From a virus, in IMG/VR virus record IMGVR_UViG_3300005537_000002, positions 32,001 through 96,000 of that record: DNA of 64,000 bases; one strand, 5' to 3'. The notes under the pieces were generated by a model. That model had not been told where the DNA came from. It was given only the letters and a program-made list of their open reading frames with translations, and did no database searches. Every line of letters begins with the position of its first letter. Position 1 is the first letter of the stretch. The position numbers and the translations under genes were made by a program. Positions 49,901 through 57,294 of the stretch are shown here, one piece after another.

Positions 49901-50032
49901 GAGATTTCCAGTGACTGTTTCCAGTACGTGTTGTACACGTACACTGACAGCGAAACAGGCTTACCCAAAACGAAACGAGTCCCGCTATGTTCAGTACCGG
50001 TTGAAGACAGACAGGCAACTGTGCTAGCGTAA
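46982..50032 (+). CDS. family-4 uracil-DNA glycosylase fused to a family A DNA polymerase with 3'-5' exonuclease
   Basis: CSTCGL, GEAAG..E, PFVGESG, TNACLCRP, HPAY (UDG4); DIETT, HNGMFD; motif A SDYSGLE, motif B KFCTFGILYG, motif C VHDA. Confidence 0.9.
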   Translation: MVVETSWVGSADRSLLALCKCSTCGLCNQNDFKPVMGYGNSGARVIFVGEAAGRNEHIQGIPFVGESGRLLTAVLQRVQLSDGSYLQRDDVYLTNACLCRPEDNRTPSAAEIVACNERLKAEIKSLPNRHLIVVLGSSAIKAVTGKHQSMNAMHGKIEWSAEFQCFITYTWHPAYILRTPNDFPDLDYVMSQIPSILDTPKGPIQFQPPKYIVEDSIDMAIKRLLHLLDHVEGDVACDIETTNLELAQPTNFILEIGFSWEDGKAYILPHHIFNDSQVKVVLIRFLEKKSVRFVYHNGMFDIAWLRYKLGAKQAWIGADTMLMSSLYDPRGRGGGEGDEVQGVGTTHGLKPLSRKHCQAPAWEDDIHAYLPNKEASFELIPADVRQRYMSFDLVYTLRLFRRLTELLEKEDPSAEGYPTPLECHYNLLIPAANMLADIESHGILIDRKYVEELRDKMEEQMRVSNEKIREATKEFFRRDGQEITLRKSRDEEVTERKRKLVGTEVRWKARKRYDKSAKAWVPDTPVPDGVRQLYEYEYITRVVKRYYDVVLRGEEAVEHLANEFNVRSALHLRHILYDHLGLPPVEGKEVTDKDQLERYKHAHLIIPLIMEYKNVNRLYGIFIKGMLARLDPYDRCHPRFNIHATRTGRLSSSNPNSQNIPRDGLIKRMFTVPKGYVFVESDYSGLEFTVIAWYCNAHVNPAFHDPTLAQDVAGDIHQAFAEEAFAELLAKIRANKRSLSALEQIMREEVIMTEKRIEQERDKRTDPEEVASLMLKHARFMAKFCTFGILYGRSAHSLAFDDDGMHVSLEQAEEYLRKFFAKYNGLYRFLQQQTKYALERGWQEMPSGRRAKYPFITRDNRSQIERQSWNSPIQGGASDICLGACIDLQKELVARGWGYVLFIVHDAIMMQLKEEHMHEGIALMKSIMEGVTQKLKSPVDFRVETKVGKNWGDAVDIEVEHELVHHHTKTAHHEISSDCFQYVLYTYTDSETGLPKTKRVPLCSVPVEDRQATVLA

Positions 50033-50034
50033 TT

Positions 50035-50072
50035 CAAGTGGGCACCTAGTTTATAAACTAGGTGCCCACTTG
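50035..50072. terminator. 38-bp perfect palindrome followed by a T-tract
   Basis: CAAGTGGGCACCTAGTTTA|TAAACTAGGTGCCCACTTG then TTTTTT. Confidence 0.7.
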
Positions 50073-50099
50073 TTTTTTGGTTATTAATTCATATATAAT
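50070..50099 (+). promoter_or_regulatory. sigma70-type promoter
   Basis: TTGTTT-N18-TATAAT. Confidence 0.6.
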
Positions 50100-50148
50100 A
50101 TTATTAGAGGTAGAAAGTCATTTATATCGAGAAAGGTCAACAAAGACA

Positions 50149-50583
50149 GTGAATGCACGAGAATTTAGGGAGTCAGTTGAGGACCGCTTAGCGCGTTTGG
50201 AGAGAGCCGTGTATCAAGACGACATCGGAGCTCCGTTAGAGACAGATACACCAGCTTCAGAGTTAGAGCAGCGTGTAAAGGAGTTTATGGAGAGTTGTAC
50301 TGTTCGGTATCGACGTAATCCGGAGGAGCATAGTAAACGTCGGAGTGACACCATCATCCGACAGGATGGTTGGAGAGCGTTTATACAGTGGGCAACAGAG
50401 AACAATCATGACATCGTTACGACACTAGGCAAGAACACGTTCTATAAAGCCGTCGTGGCGTTGTATCACCTGCCGTTGATGACAACGTATAACAAAGACG
50501 CTTGGGCCGGTCGGCGCTTTAACCTCGAGGGTAAGAGTCTACTCGACCGGTCGCTCGCATCAACAGAAGGTGTGAGTGAGTAA
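50149..50583 (+). CDS. coiled coil plus primase C-terminal-like winged-helix protein
   Basis: VKEFMESC..WRAFIQWA..KNTFYKA..GRRF resembles the C-terminus of the primase at 10287; GTG start with a GAAAGG RBS. Confidence 0.55.
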   Translation: MNAREFRESVEDRLARLERAVYQDDIGAPLETDTPASELEQRVKEFMESCTVRYRRNPEEHSKRRSDTIIRQDGWRAFIQWATENNHDIVTTLGKNTFYKAVVALYHLPLMTTYNKDAWAGRRFNLEGKSLLDRSLASTEGVSE

Positions 50584-50585
50584 AC

Positions 50586-51074
50586 ATGGCAGAGTGGAAA
50601 ATTGCGTTCTCCGGTGGGGCTTCGCTACTACCATATCAAGAAGCGAGTGTAAGGGAGATCACTACGGAGATCTTAACTAAATTCCAATCTAAACTCCCGC
50701 CTGGCGTAGAAGTTCGGGTCATTACTGGAGCCTGTGTTGGCGTAGACGCTATCGTCGCTGAAATAGCGCACGGGGCCGGCTTCTACGTACACACTTTCCT
50801 ACCTGCTAACCGATCGAAAGTAGACCCTTACTGGAACCTACACTGTACGGAGCACACAGAAGTGGGTGACGGTCCTGAGCCGTACAGGCTACGTAACCAA
50901 GCTATGGTTGACGCTGCTGACTCGCTCATCGCCTTTCCATGCACCCCCGAACGTTGGCCTGGCGGTACACTAAGTCGAGAGGGGACTTGGATGACCGTTC
51001 GAATGGCAGACAAAGCAAACAAGATCGACCGCAAAGCATGCATATTCCCACTATGGAATATGCCTCAACAATAG
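50586..51074 (+). CDS. SLOG/YspA-family nucleotide-binding protein
   Basis: IAFSGG, VITGACVGVD, RNQAMVDAAD.LIAF, GTWMTVRMA. Confidence 0.8.
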   Translation: MAEWKIAFSGGASLLPYQEASVREITTEILTKFQSKLPPGVEVRVITGACVGVDAIVAEIAHGAGFYVHTFLPANRSKVDPYWNLHCTEHTEVGDGPEPYRLRNQAMVDAADSLIAFPCTPERWPGGTLSREGTWMTVRMADKANKIDRKACIFPLWNMPQQ

Positions 51075-51090
51075 TAGAAAGGACTCAACA

Positions 51091-51585
51091 ATGCCCCTAA
51101 ACTTTAGGGATAAGGATACGGATATGTTGTACGTTCAAGTACCATCGCTAATCTTTTCCAACGACGGAAAGGGATATGAACATGCGAACATCCAATGGAG
51201 GGCCTTCGCAGTAGTAGTAAACTGCGAGAGTCGTCGCAGACTAGACTGGGTCAAAAAGAACATTTGTCAGTGGATTGCAGACAGTCTCACAAGAAACGAT
51301 GTCGTAATGACTTTCTGGCACGGAGAAGAGATACTCTTTGAAACGATCCTCCAAGCTTTCAGTACTCAGAGCCAACTCGAAGAGGGTAACGAAGCATCAT
51401 TCGACCCTGACACGGGTATATACAACGATCAGTGGGAAGATAGCTGGCACGTCTTTCAGTATCATATTCACGGTACAGAAACTCTTACCATAACTTTCGC
51501 TCCTCATTGGAGAGCGCCGAACTACCCATACGAAAGGCCCAAACGTGGAGATAGGACTATATACGACTGGTATACTCGATCTTAA
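51091..51585 (+). CDS. hypothetical protein
   Basis: 164-aa ORF with AAAGGA RBS. Confidence 0.55.
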   Translation: MPLNFRDKDTDMLYVQVPSLIFSNDGKGYEHANIQWRAFAVVVNCESRRRLDWVKKNICQWIADSLTRNDVVMTFWHGEEILFETILQAFSTQSQLEEGNEASFDPDTGIYNDQWEDSWHVFQYHIHGTETLTITFAPHWRAPNYPYERPKRGDRTIYDWYTRS

Positions 51586-51595
51586 GGAGGTTCAC

Positions 51596-51874
51596 TTGAC
51601 TAGTGTCAAAAAGGTACGTAGACAGATTCGGGAGGACATGCTCTACGGTCTAGAACGTCTTTACGATAACAAACAGGTCTCGTATGAGGGTGACGACTTT
51701 GTGGTAGAACAGGGTACAGTTGACGGGGTAACAGGTAAGCCTAACATAGTATATTACAGTGGACCGTACGGAGCTTGGACGTGTAGACTAAACGATGGGA
51801 GGTTAGGCAAACTTATGCCATGTGACTCTATAGCGACGGCACTCGCTATGAAACCTCAGAAAGACGAAGTATGA
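51596..51874 (+). CDS. hypothetical protein
   Basis: TTG start after AAGGAGG. Confidence 0.5.
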   Translation: MTSVKKVRRQIREDMLYGLERLYDNKQVSYEGDDFVVEQGTVDGVTGKPNIVYYSGPYGAWTCRLNDGRLGKLMPCDSIATALAMKPQKDEV

Positions 51875-51875
51875 C

Positions 51876-52451
51876 ATGCTAGAATCGATAGAGACAACAC
51901 ACAACGGTTTCAGATTTCGTTCCCGAAAGGAGGCCCGTTGGGCTGTGTTTTTCGACACAGCCCAAATACCTTTCCTCTATGAACCGGAGGGCTTCAAGCT
52001 ATCATTCGATGCTTCGCAGAAAGACTACAGTTTCACTGACTCTGACGACATAGAGGAAACTCTATGGTACTTACCCGACTTTTGGCTGCCGCAACAAGAC
52101 TGCTATTGGGAAGTAAAGGGGGTAGAACCCGCAAGAATGGAAAACATTCGTGCGAAGAGACTAGCTTACGGGTCAGGTAAAGATGTATTCATCAGCTTCG
52201 GTGACATATGGCTCCCAGAAGAAGGTACAAATACAGACTATTGTAGCGCTCACGTCTTCTTCGGTAGTGGAGGTTGGGACCTAGCATACTGGTGGTGCCA
52301 ATGCGACTATTGTGGCAAACTCCAACTACAGTTTGAGGGTCGAGTAGAGCGCTGCTCTTGTAAACAGACTGAACGTAGGCTTAAAGGAGGAGGTACAAAC
52401 TCCGATCGATTAGTAAGGGCCTATAAAGCAGCTCGTAGTGCTAGATTTTGA
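51876..52451 (+). CDS. PD-(D/E)xK-like nuclease, conserved phage protein
   Basis: FRSRKEARWAVFFD...YEPEGF...YLPDFWLP...EVKG. Confidence 0.75.
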   Translation: MLESIETTHNGFRFRSRKEARWAVFFDTAQIPFLYEPEGFKLSFDASQKDYSFTDSDDIEETLWYLPDFWLPQQDCYWEVKGVEPARMENIRAKRLAYGSGKDVFISFGDIWLPEEGTNTDYCSAHVFFGSGGWDLAYWWCQCDYCGKLQLQFEGRVERCSCKQTERRLKGGGTNSDRLVRAYKAARSARF

Positions 52452-52462
52452 GGAGTTGGTTC

Positions 52463-53476
52463 GTGATTGCTACAAACACGTTAGTGTGGACGGATGCTAG
52501 CGTGAAAACGTTAGCGCAGTTGAGCGTTGGAGACAAGGTCGTTTCCAACGCTCAACTTAAGCAGGTTCGAACGGTCGAACGGACTGAAGTAGATAGGACG
52601 CTTACTATACGTGCAGCAGGTGTGCAGGATGTGTGTATGTCACTCGACCAGCAAGTGTATAGTCGTAAGCCTAAAGATGTCGAATGTACGTGGCGTATAG
52701 CGGCTGAGCTAGATACGGAAGATTTTATTTGGGTTCCTCGTCTGACAGCCACGTCTTGGAACACTGACTATCGAAGTGTTGCACTAACTCGAGAGCTTGC
52801 CAACGTTATTGGCTGGTACTTAGCTGTAGGAAATGCTATACCTAGCACAGGTATGGTGTACTGGAACTTTACTCGAGCAGAGGAGGAATACGCCGCACAA
52901 CTCATGTCAGACCTGCTAGTCGTGCGTGCATTCTTCGTTACGGAATCATCGCACAATAGAATCGGTATGCCTCGTATGCAGCACACGGGCATCAATGGCA
53001 TACTGGTTAAGTTCGGGAGTAAGCGTATGTCTGACTGGCTGAAACTGAACTTCGGCAACGCTTCGGCTAACAAACACATTCCTCCGTGGGTGTATAGAAC
53101 GTCTCCTAAGTTTATTGACCAACTGCTAGCCTCGTATTCGCATGCCGACGGTATTGCGGGTCGTGAGTGGCTAGTTAGCACAGTGTCAATTGACCTAGCT
53201 TACGGCTTGCAACGCTTGCTCAATAAACTTGGGAAGTGCATACGGGTCATCACTAAAGATAACACGTACGGGTACCCCACACTCCATCAATGGGAGTACG
53301 TACTGTACTACGGGTGGCATAGAAGGCAGTCTCAGAAATTCGTCGGCGCTTATAAAGACCACTTCGAGTGTGCTATAGAACGGATTACGCCCTCGAATAA
53401 ACGTATGGAGGTAGGGACTATCCACACTGTAGGCTCGCTACCCTACGCAGTTCCGTACTTAGTGATGCCTACTTGA
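52463..53476 (+). CDS. free-standing degenerate intein (Hint plus LAGLIDADG) with no exteins
   Basis: Block A-like IATNTLVWT..VKTLAQLSVGDKV; LAGLIDADG-like VIGWYLAVGN and LLASYSHADG; STVSIDLAYGLQRLL; no Cys1, TxxH or His-Asn. Confidence 0.75.
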   Translation: MIATNTLVWTDASVKTLAQLSVGDKVVSNAQLKQVRTVERTEVDRTLTIRAAGVQDVCMSLDQQVYSRKPKDVECTWRIAAELDTEDFIWVPRLTATSWNTDYRSVALTRELANVIGWYLAVGNAIPSTGMVYWNFTRAEEEYAAQLMSDLLVVRAFFVTESSHNRIGMPRMQHTGINGILVKFGSKRMSDWLKLNFGNASANKHIPPWVYRTSPKFIDQLLASYSHADGIAGREWLVSTVSIDLAYGLQRLLNKLGKCIRVITKDNTYGYPTLHQWEYVLYYGWHRRQSQKFVGAYKDHFECAIERITPSNKRMEVGTIHTVGSLPYAVPYLVMPT

Positions 53477-53501
53477 TTTTCCAAGCGCCATATATTATAA
53501 T
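53473..53501 (+). promoter_or_regulatory. sigma70-type promoter of the operon ending in the RAMP-like gene and array
   Basis: TTGATT-N17-TATAAT. Confidence 0.65.
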
Positions 53502-53548
53502 TAGTTTATATATAGTAGAAGGTTAGCACGCCTTCTGAAAGGAGCCAC

Positions 53549-54127
53549 GTGAGAACTGAGGACATACTACTGGACCTCCGACTTTCCATTTCGCCAACAA
53601 CGTTCGGGTTGAGTGCTGACGAAAAGCGACTACTAAAGTACGCTTTCACCATCAGTAGGAACTTCTTCCACGAGAGCGACCTACTACCTCTAAAAGAGTG
53701 GCAGAAATACTTCGCGGAAGAACTTTCAGAGTCCCAAGCAGCCGAAGAAGAGGGTAGACGTATTGTAGCAGATCCGAACGCAACTGAGGACCAAAAGATA
53801 CGGGCTTGGCTGAACGTCTATCTAGAGGGTTCAGACTTACTGTACGATGCCGTATGCTGTTACTATAGAGGTAGTAAAGATGAACTACGTTTCGCAAAGG
53901 ACTGTTTTGCGAACTCAGGTTGCACCTATGACGGTTTCTTGGCAGCGGCACTCATTAAGTACGAACTACGGCAGCGAGATAAAAACCCAGACGTAGAACT
54001 CGCGCGTATCGGAGCGCACTTCAGCTACGCTCTTATTAATGGGAAGTGGTCCGCTGACCCCAATGACTTACCGAAGTCAGAGGCGATGTCAGTCATCGGT
54101 AGAAGCGTAGAGTACCGCTTCGACTAG
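53549..54127 (+). CDS. hypothetical protein
   Basis: 192-aa ORF with AAGGAG RBS. Confidence 0.6.
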   Translation: MRTEDILLDLRLSISPTTFGLSADEKRLLKYAFTISRNFFHESDLLPLKEWQKYFAEELSESQAAEEEGRRIVADPNATEDQKIRAWLNVYLEGSDLLYDAVCCYYRGSKDELRFAKDCFANSGCTYDGFLAAALIKYELRQRDKNPDVELARIGAHFSYALINGKWSADPNDLPKSEAMSVIGRSVEYRFD

Positions 54128-54241
54128 GAGGTAGCAATGTCAGTAGCCCTGTGTCAAGACATACTACTATACCTCGCTATCGCTGGTAGCTCGCTTGGAG
54201 GCATCTACTTCGTTGTGCTATCTCTAGCGAGAGGATGAGTA

Positions 54242-54526
54242 ATGGCGGCAGTTACGTCTGCGGCGATACTTTCTGTGGCGCTATTAGTAATACTATCCGG
54301 TAGGTACAGAAAACGTAGAAGCAGGTGGAAAAGCAACCATCTCATCTTCAGTATCGGATGTGGATCGTTCTTTCTAGTGCTATTGTTAGCACTAGTTGCT
54401 AGTGCATTCACTGTACTGTACAGTGCAGAGCATGCGTTCTTTGTAGACGCAGTTGCAACTTGGATCGTTGCATTCTGCTGTGCTTGTATATGCCTCGGAA
54501 GTCTTTTTGCGTACTTCCGAGGCTAG
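54242..54526 (+). CDS. small multi-TM membrane protein
   Basis: Three hydrophobic segments. Confidence 0.5.
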   Translation: MAAVTSAAILSVALLVILSGRYRKRRSRWKSNHLIFSIGCGSFFLVLLLALVASAFTVLYSAEHAFFVDAVATWIVAFCCACICLGSLFAYFRG

Positions 54527-54544
54527 CTACTTATATGGAGTCTT

Positions 54545-55108
54545 ATGTCAGCAGATACACCTATTGTAGATCAGCCTACGTCAGAGTTACCAGTAGTGCG
54601 ACCAACTCATACTTGGAGGGTAGTAGCAGATCCGAAGGGGGATCGGAAGCTACTGTCAGTTGGAACGAGCGTACTTGAAGCTATTCAAAGCTTCGCTCGT
54701 GGAGTACAGGATAACCAGCCGATTGGCATCTATTTAGATGATGTACCCGTCGCCGGAGTACACATCCAAGCAAACCAACCGCCGCTATGCTTACATATCC
54801 TAACGGATATGTCAGCGGCAGATATTGATTGGCACAGCGGACCTACTTCTGTTTGCACGATCGACGAGACGACGGTTATCGACTTGTTGAAAGTCGCATG
54901 TAACGGAGGTAGGATAACGTCCAAACTTCGATTGCCCCTCCCAGTTGTCAGTCGCACCTCAGATGTAAGTTCACTCACACTCGTGAAACTACTACTCTCC
55001 GCACTGTCCAACGAGACACAACCCCATGTGCTAACTGAGCAATGCCAAGCAATCGTCGTACAAGTTGACAAGACGTCGTGTAAATATCTACACGTCAAAC
55101 GTAGTTAA
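54545..55108 (+). CDS. hypothetical protein
   Basis: 187-aa ORF with GGAG RBS. Confidence 0.55.
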   Translation: MSADTPIVDQPTSELPVVRPTHTWRVVADPKGDRKLLSVGTSVLEAIQSFARGVQDNQPIGIYLDDVPVAGVHIQANQPPLCLHILTDMSAADIDWHSGPTSVCTIDETTVIDLLKVACNGGRITSKLRLPLPVVSRTSDVSSLTLVKLLLSALSNETQPHVLTEQCQAIVVQVDKTSCKYLHVKRS

Positions 55109-55129
55109 GTAGAAGGGAATACCACGAAT

Positions 55130-55693
55130 ATGGCTGCAGTTATCATCGTCTCCATTACGGGGATGACCCCACTTATTATGAACCGCTTCCACGAGGAAGC
55201 ACAGGCAGAAGCTACCTCCCGCGTACACTCACGTAAGGAAACGCTCTCTCCGGAAGACGACGCCAAAGGTAGACTCTACCAAAACGAAGAACTCGGAGTC
55301 TACATGCCGGCCGAGTGGGTCCGTCAGTCTGTTATTGAAGCAGCTAAGAGACACAAAATTGGTAGACGGGCCGCTACTACAGACATTGCTGCCGCTGTGT
55401 ACATCGAACCGTTCGCTATGAAGCTCGAAGGTGAGTGGCACGTAGACACTCGTCCAGTCGTTATACCTGCCACTCAAGGACGTATTCTCAGACACAGGCC
55501 GATGTTCGAAACCTGGTCCGTGAAGGGTTTTCGATTGCAAGTCGAAACTGACCTCGTCGACGAAAAGCTAGTACGAGCTGTGCTAGACGACAGCGGTAGA
55601 TTCGTAGGGGTAGGAGACTTCAGACCCACTAAGAAAGGCCCCTACGGCAGATTCCGTGTAGACAGTTGGGAACGTTTAAGCAACCACTCATAA
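55130..55693 (+). CDS. stand-alone RAMP/Cas7-like RRM-fold protein (Vipr-like candidate effector)
   Basis: First strand VSITGMTPL, central YMPAEWVRQSV (cf. RAMP IPGSSLKG) and C-terminal glycine-rich loop GVGDFRPTKKGPYGRF; no cas genes nearby. Confidence 0.75.
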   Translation: MAAVIIVSITGMTPLIMNRFHEEAQAEATSRVHSRKETLSPEDDAKGRLYQNEELGVYMPAEWVRQSVIEAAKRHKIGRRAATTDIAAAVYIEPFAMKLEGEWHVDTRPVVIPATQGRILRHRPMFETWSVKGFRLQVETDLVDEKLVRAVLDDSGRFVGVGDFRPTKKGPYGRFRVDSWERLSNHS

Positions 55694-55694
55694 A

Positions 55695-56886
55695 GGTTTG
55701 GTTTGTCAAGTTAGGCTATGGTGGGTCACGGCAAGGTAAGGACGCTTCGGCTCGGATTGGTGAGCTATAGTAAGTCACGGTAGGGTGTTGTAGGGTAAGG
55801 ATGGCGTGGTTTGGACTAGTGCGACTTGGAGCCGTGGGGTAAGTCACGTTCCGGTATCGCGCGGTGTGGATGCCCAGGTACGGATCGGTTTGCTAGTGCG
55901 AGGTTGACACTGGTAGAGTTTGGTTTGTCTAGCTGGCGTCAGGTGAGGAAGCTATGGTGAGGTCGAGCATGGCAGAGTTTGCTCGGGTACTGCTAGGCGG
56001 GTTAAGGTACGGTCCGGAAGCTTTGGTCAGGTTAGGTATGCTCGAGTTTGTTACGGTGTGTTAAGGTTCTGTTTGGCTTGCTACGTTATGTATAGGTTGG
56101 CTATGCTGAGATATGGTAAGGACGCTTTGGTTTGGACTGGTCGGGACAGTTAAGGGGTGGTCCGGTATAGCTTGCTACGGATTGGTTTCGTTCGGCTCGG
56201 TTAGGAAGCTTCGGTACGGTGAGTTGAGGCTAGGATTGCAATGGTCGGGTATGTTTTTATAGGGTTCGGTTAGATCAGTAGTGGTAAGGCGCCGTAGGGA
56301 CAGGTCTGAGAGGCGAGGTTGCATGCGGCTAGGAGTGGTGTCGTATGGTACGGATGCTAAGGAGAGGTTAGGACTGCAATGGTCTGTCGCGGTAATGACA
56401 GGCGTGTCGATGTGTGGTATGTTCAGGTGAGGATGCTTCGGTATGGATCGGCGCTGTTTGGAAAGGTTTGCTAGGGTAAGTCGAGGCTCACAGAGGTATG
56501 GTAGGTCGTGGTACAGAACGGTTCGGAAGCCTAGGTATGGTACGTAATGGCATGCTTTGGTAGTCTTTTGTCTGGCACGCTAAGTCGAGGTGGAGTTCGG
56601 TAAGCTGCGGAGAGGAAGCTAAGGTCTGGAACGTCGAGGTATGGTATGGGAAGCCATTGTACGGTGAGTCGGTGTGAGCGAAGGTTTGTTAGGCTGGGGT
56701 ATGGAAGTCCAGGAAAGGTGAGGTGCAGTTTGGCAGTGCGTGGTGAGGTAGGGCTGTGTCCCGGTAACGTGAGGTAAGGTACTGCAACGCGCGGTGAGGT
56801 TCGGATGCTAAGAACAGGCGTGGTACGGTATAGTGGGGAAATGCTAGGTAAGGCATGTCAAGTTGCGCTTGCGTAAGGTACGGTTT
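55695..56886 (+). ncRNA. GGY-NN pentamer guide-like array (about 227 pentamers, 15 units)
   Basis: Strict 5-nt phasing with semi-conserved positions 1-3 and variable positions 4-5; 4-nt breaks at 55740, 55799, 55868, 55947, 56016, 56120, 56204, 56308, 56352, 56431, 56525, 56614, 56703, 56803; no credible ORF. Confidence 0.8.
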
Positions 56887-56891
56887 TACAG

Positions 56892-56936
56892 CGCGTGATA
56901 GTATGCGGAACCGTTGTCGAAGCATACTATCACGCG
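56892..56936 (+). terminator. 15-bp perfect hairpin closing the array
   Basis: CGCGTGATAGTATGC-N15-GCATACTATCACGCG. Confidence 0.65.
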
Positions 56937-57203
56937 TTCGTAGTGGTTTCGGTACGCTCTATCATAGTTTGGGGTTCCGATGAGATGTAGAGCCATCTCA
57001 ATTGTAGAGTCTGACGTGTATAGCACAGTGCCATCATTAGAGGCCTTTGCTAGGTAATAGCGTACTAGGCTACCCCTTCGGACTAGCACAGTTGCATTGT
57101 AGGTCGGTTCGTTTGTCCGAGCTCTCAACAGAGAAAACGGACGTTCATTGGCTTTCCCCTCTGACATGGATACCTGTTCTCCTTCGTAGTAAACACAGCC
57201 CTC

Positions 57204-57233
57204 TTGAATTTAGTTTATGTAATTTATTATAAT
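57204..57233 (+). promoter_or_regulatory. sigma70-type promoter
   Basis: TTGAAT-N18-TATAAT. Confidence 0.7.
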
Positions 57234-57294
57234 ATAAATAGAAGAGTAAAAACAAGGATCGCTGTATCTTTGGTACGAGCAACGGAGGACGCAA

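Noticed and set aside
55744-55798. Ungapped NN concatenation of one unit (tctcttgaat...) resembles the CTCTTGAAT promoter flank at 57201
   Set aside because: The match is only about 9 nt, does not extend, and is expected by chance
55695-56886. Canonical CRISPR array or simple microsatellite
   Set aside because: There are no identical 23-47 bp repeats with spacers and no cas1/cas2. It is not a homogeneous tandem repeat either, because positions 4-5 never settle on one sequence and the phase breaks are regular
56689-56925. Minus-strand 78-aa ORF over the end of the pentamer array
   Set aside because: Its Pro/Tyr/Leu/His-biased sequence is the expected reverse-complement translation of GGY-NN repeats, and it has no RBS or promoter
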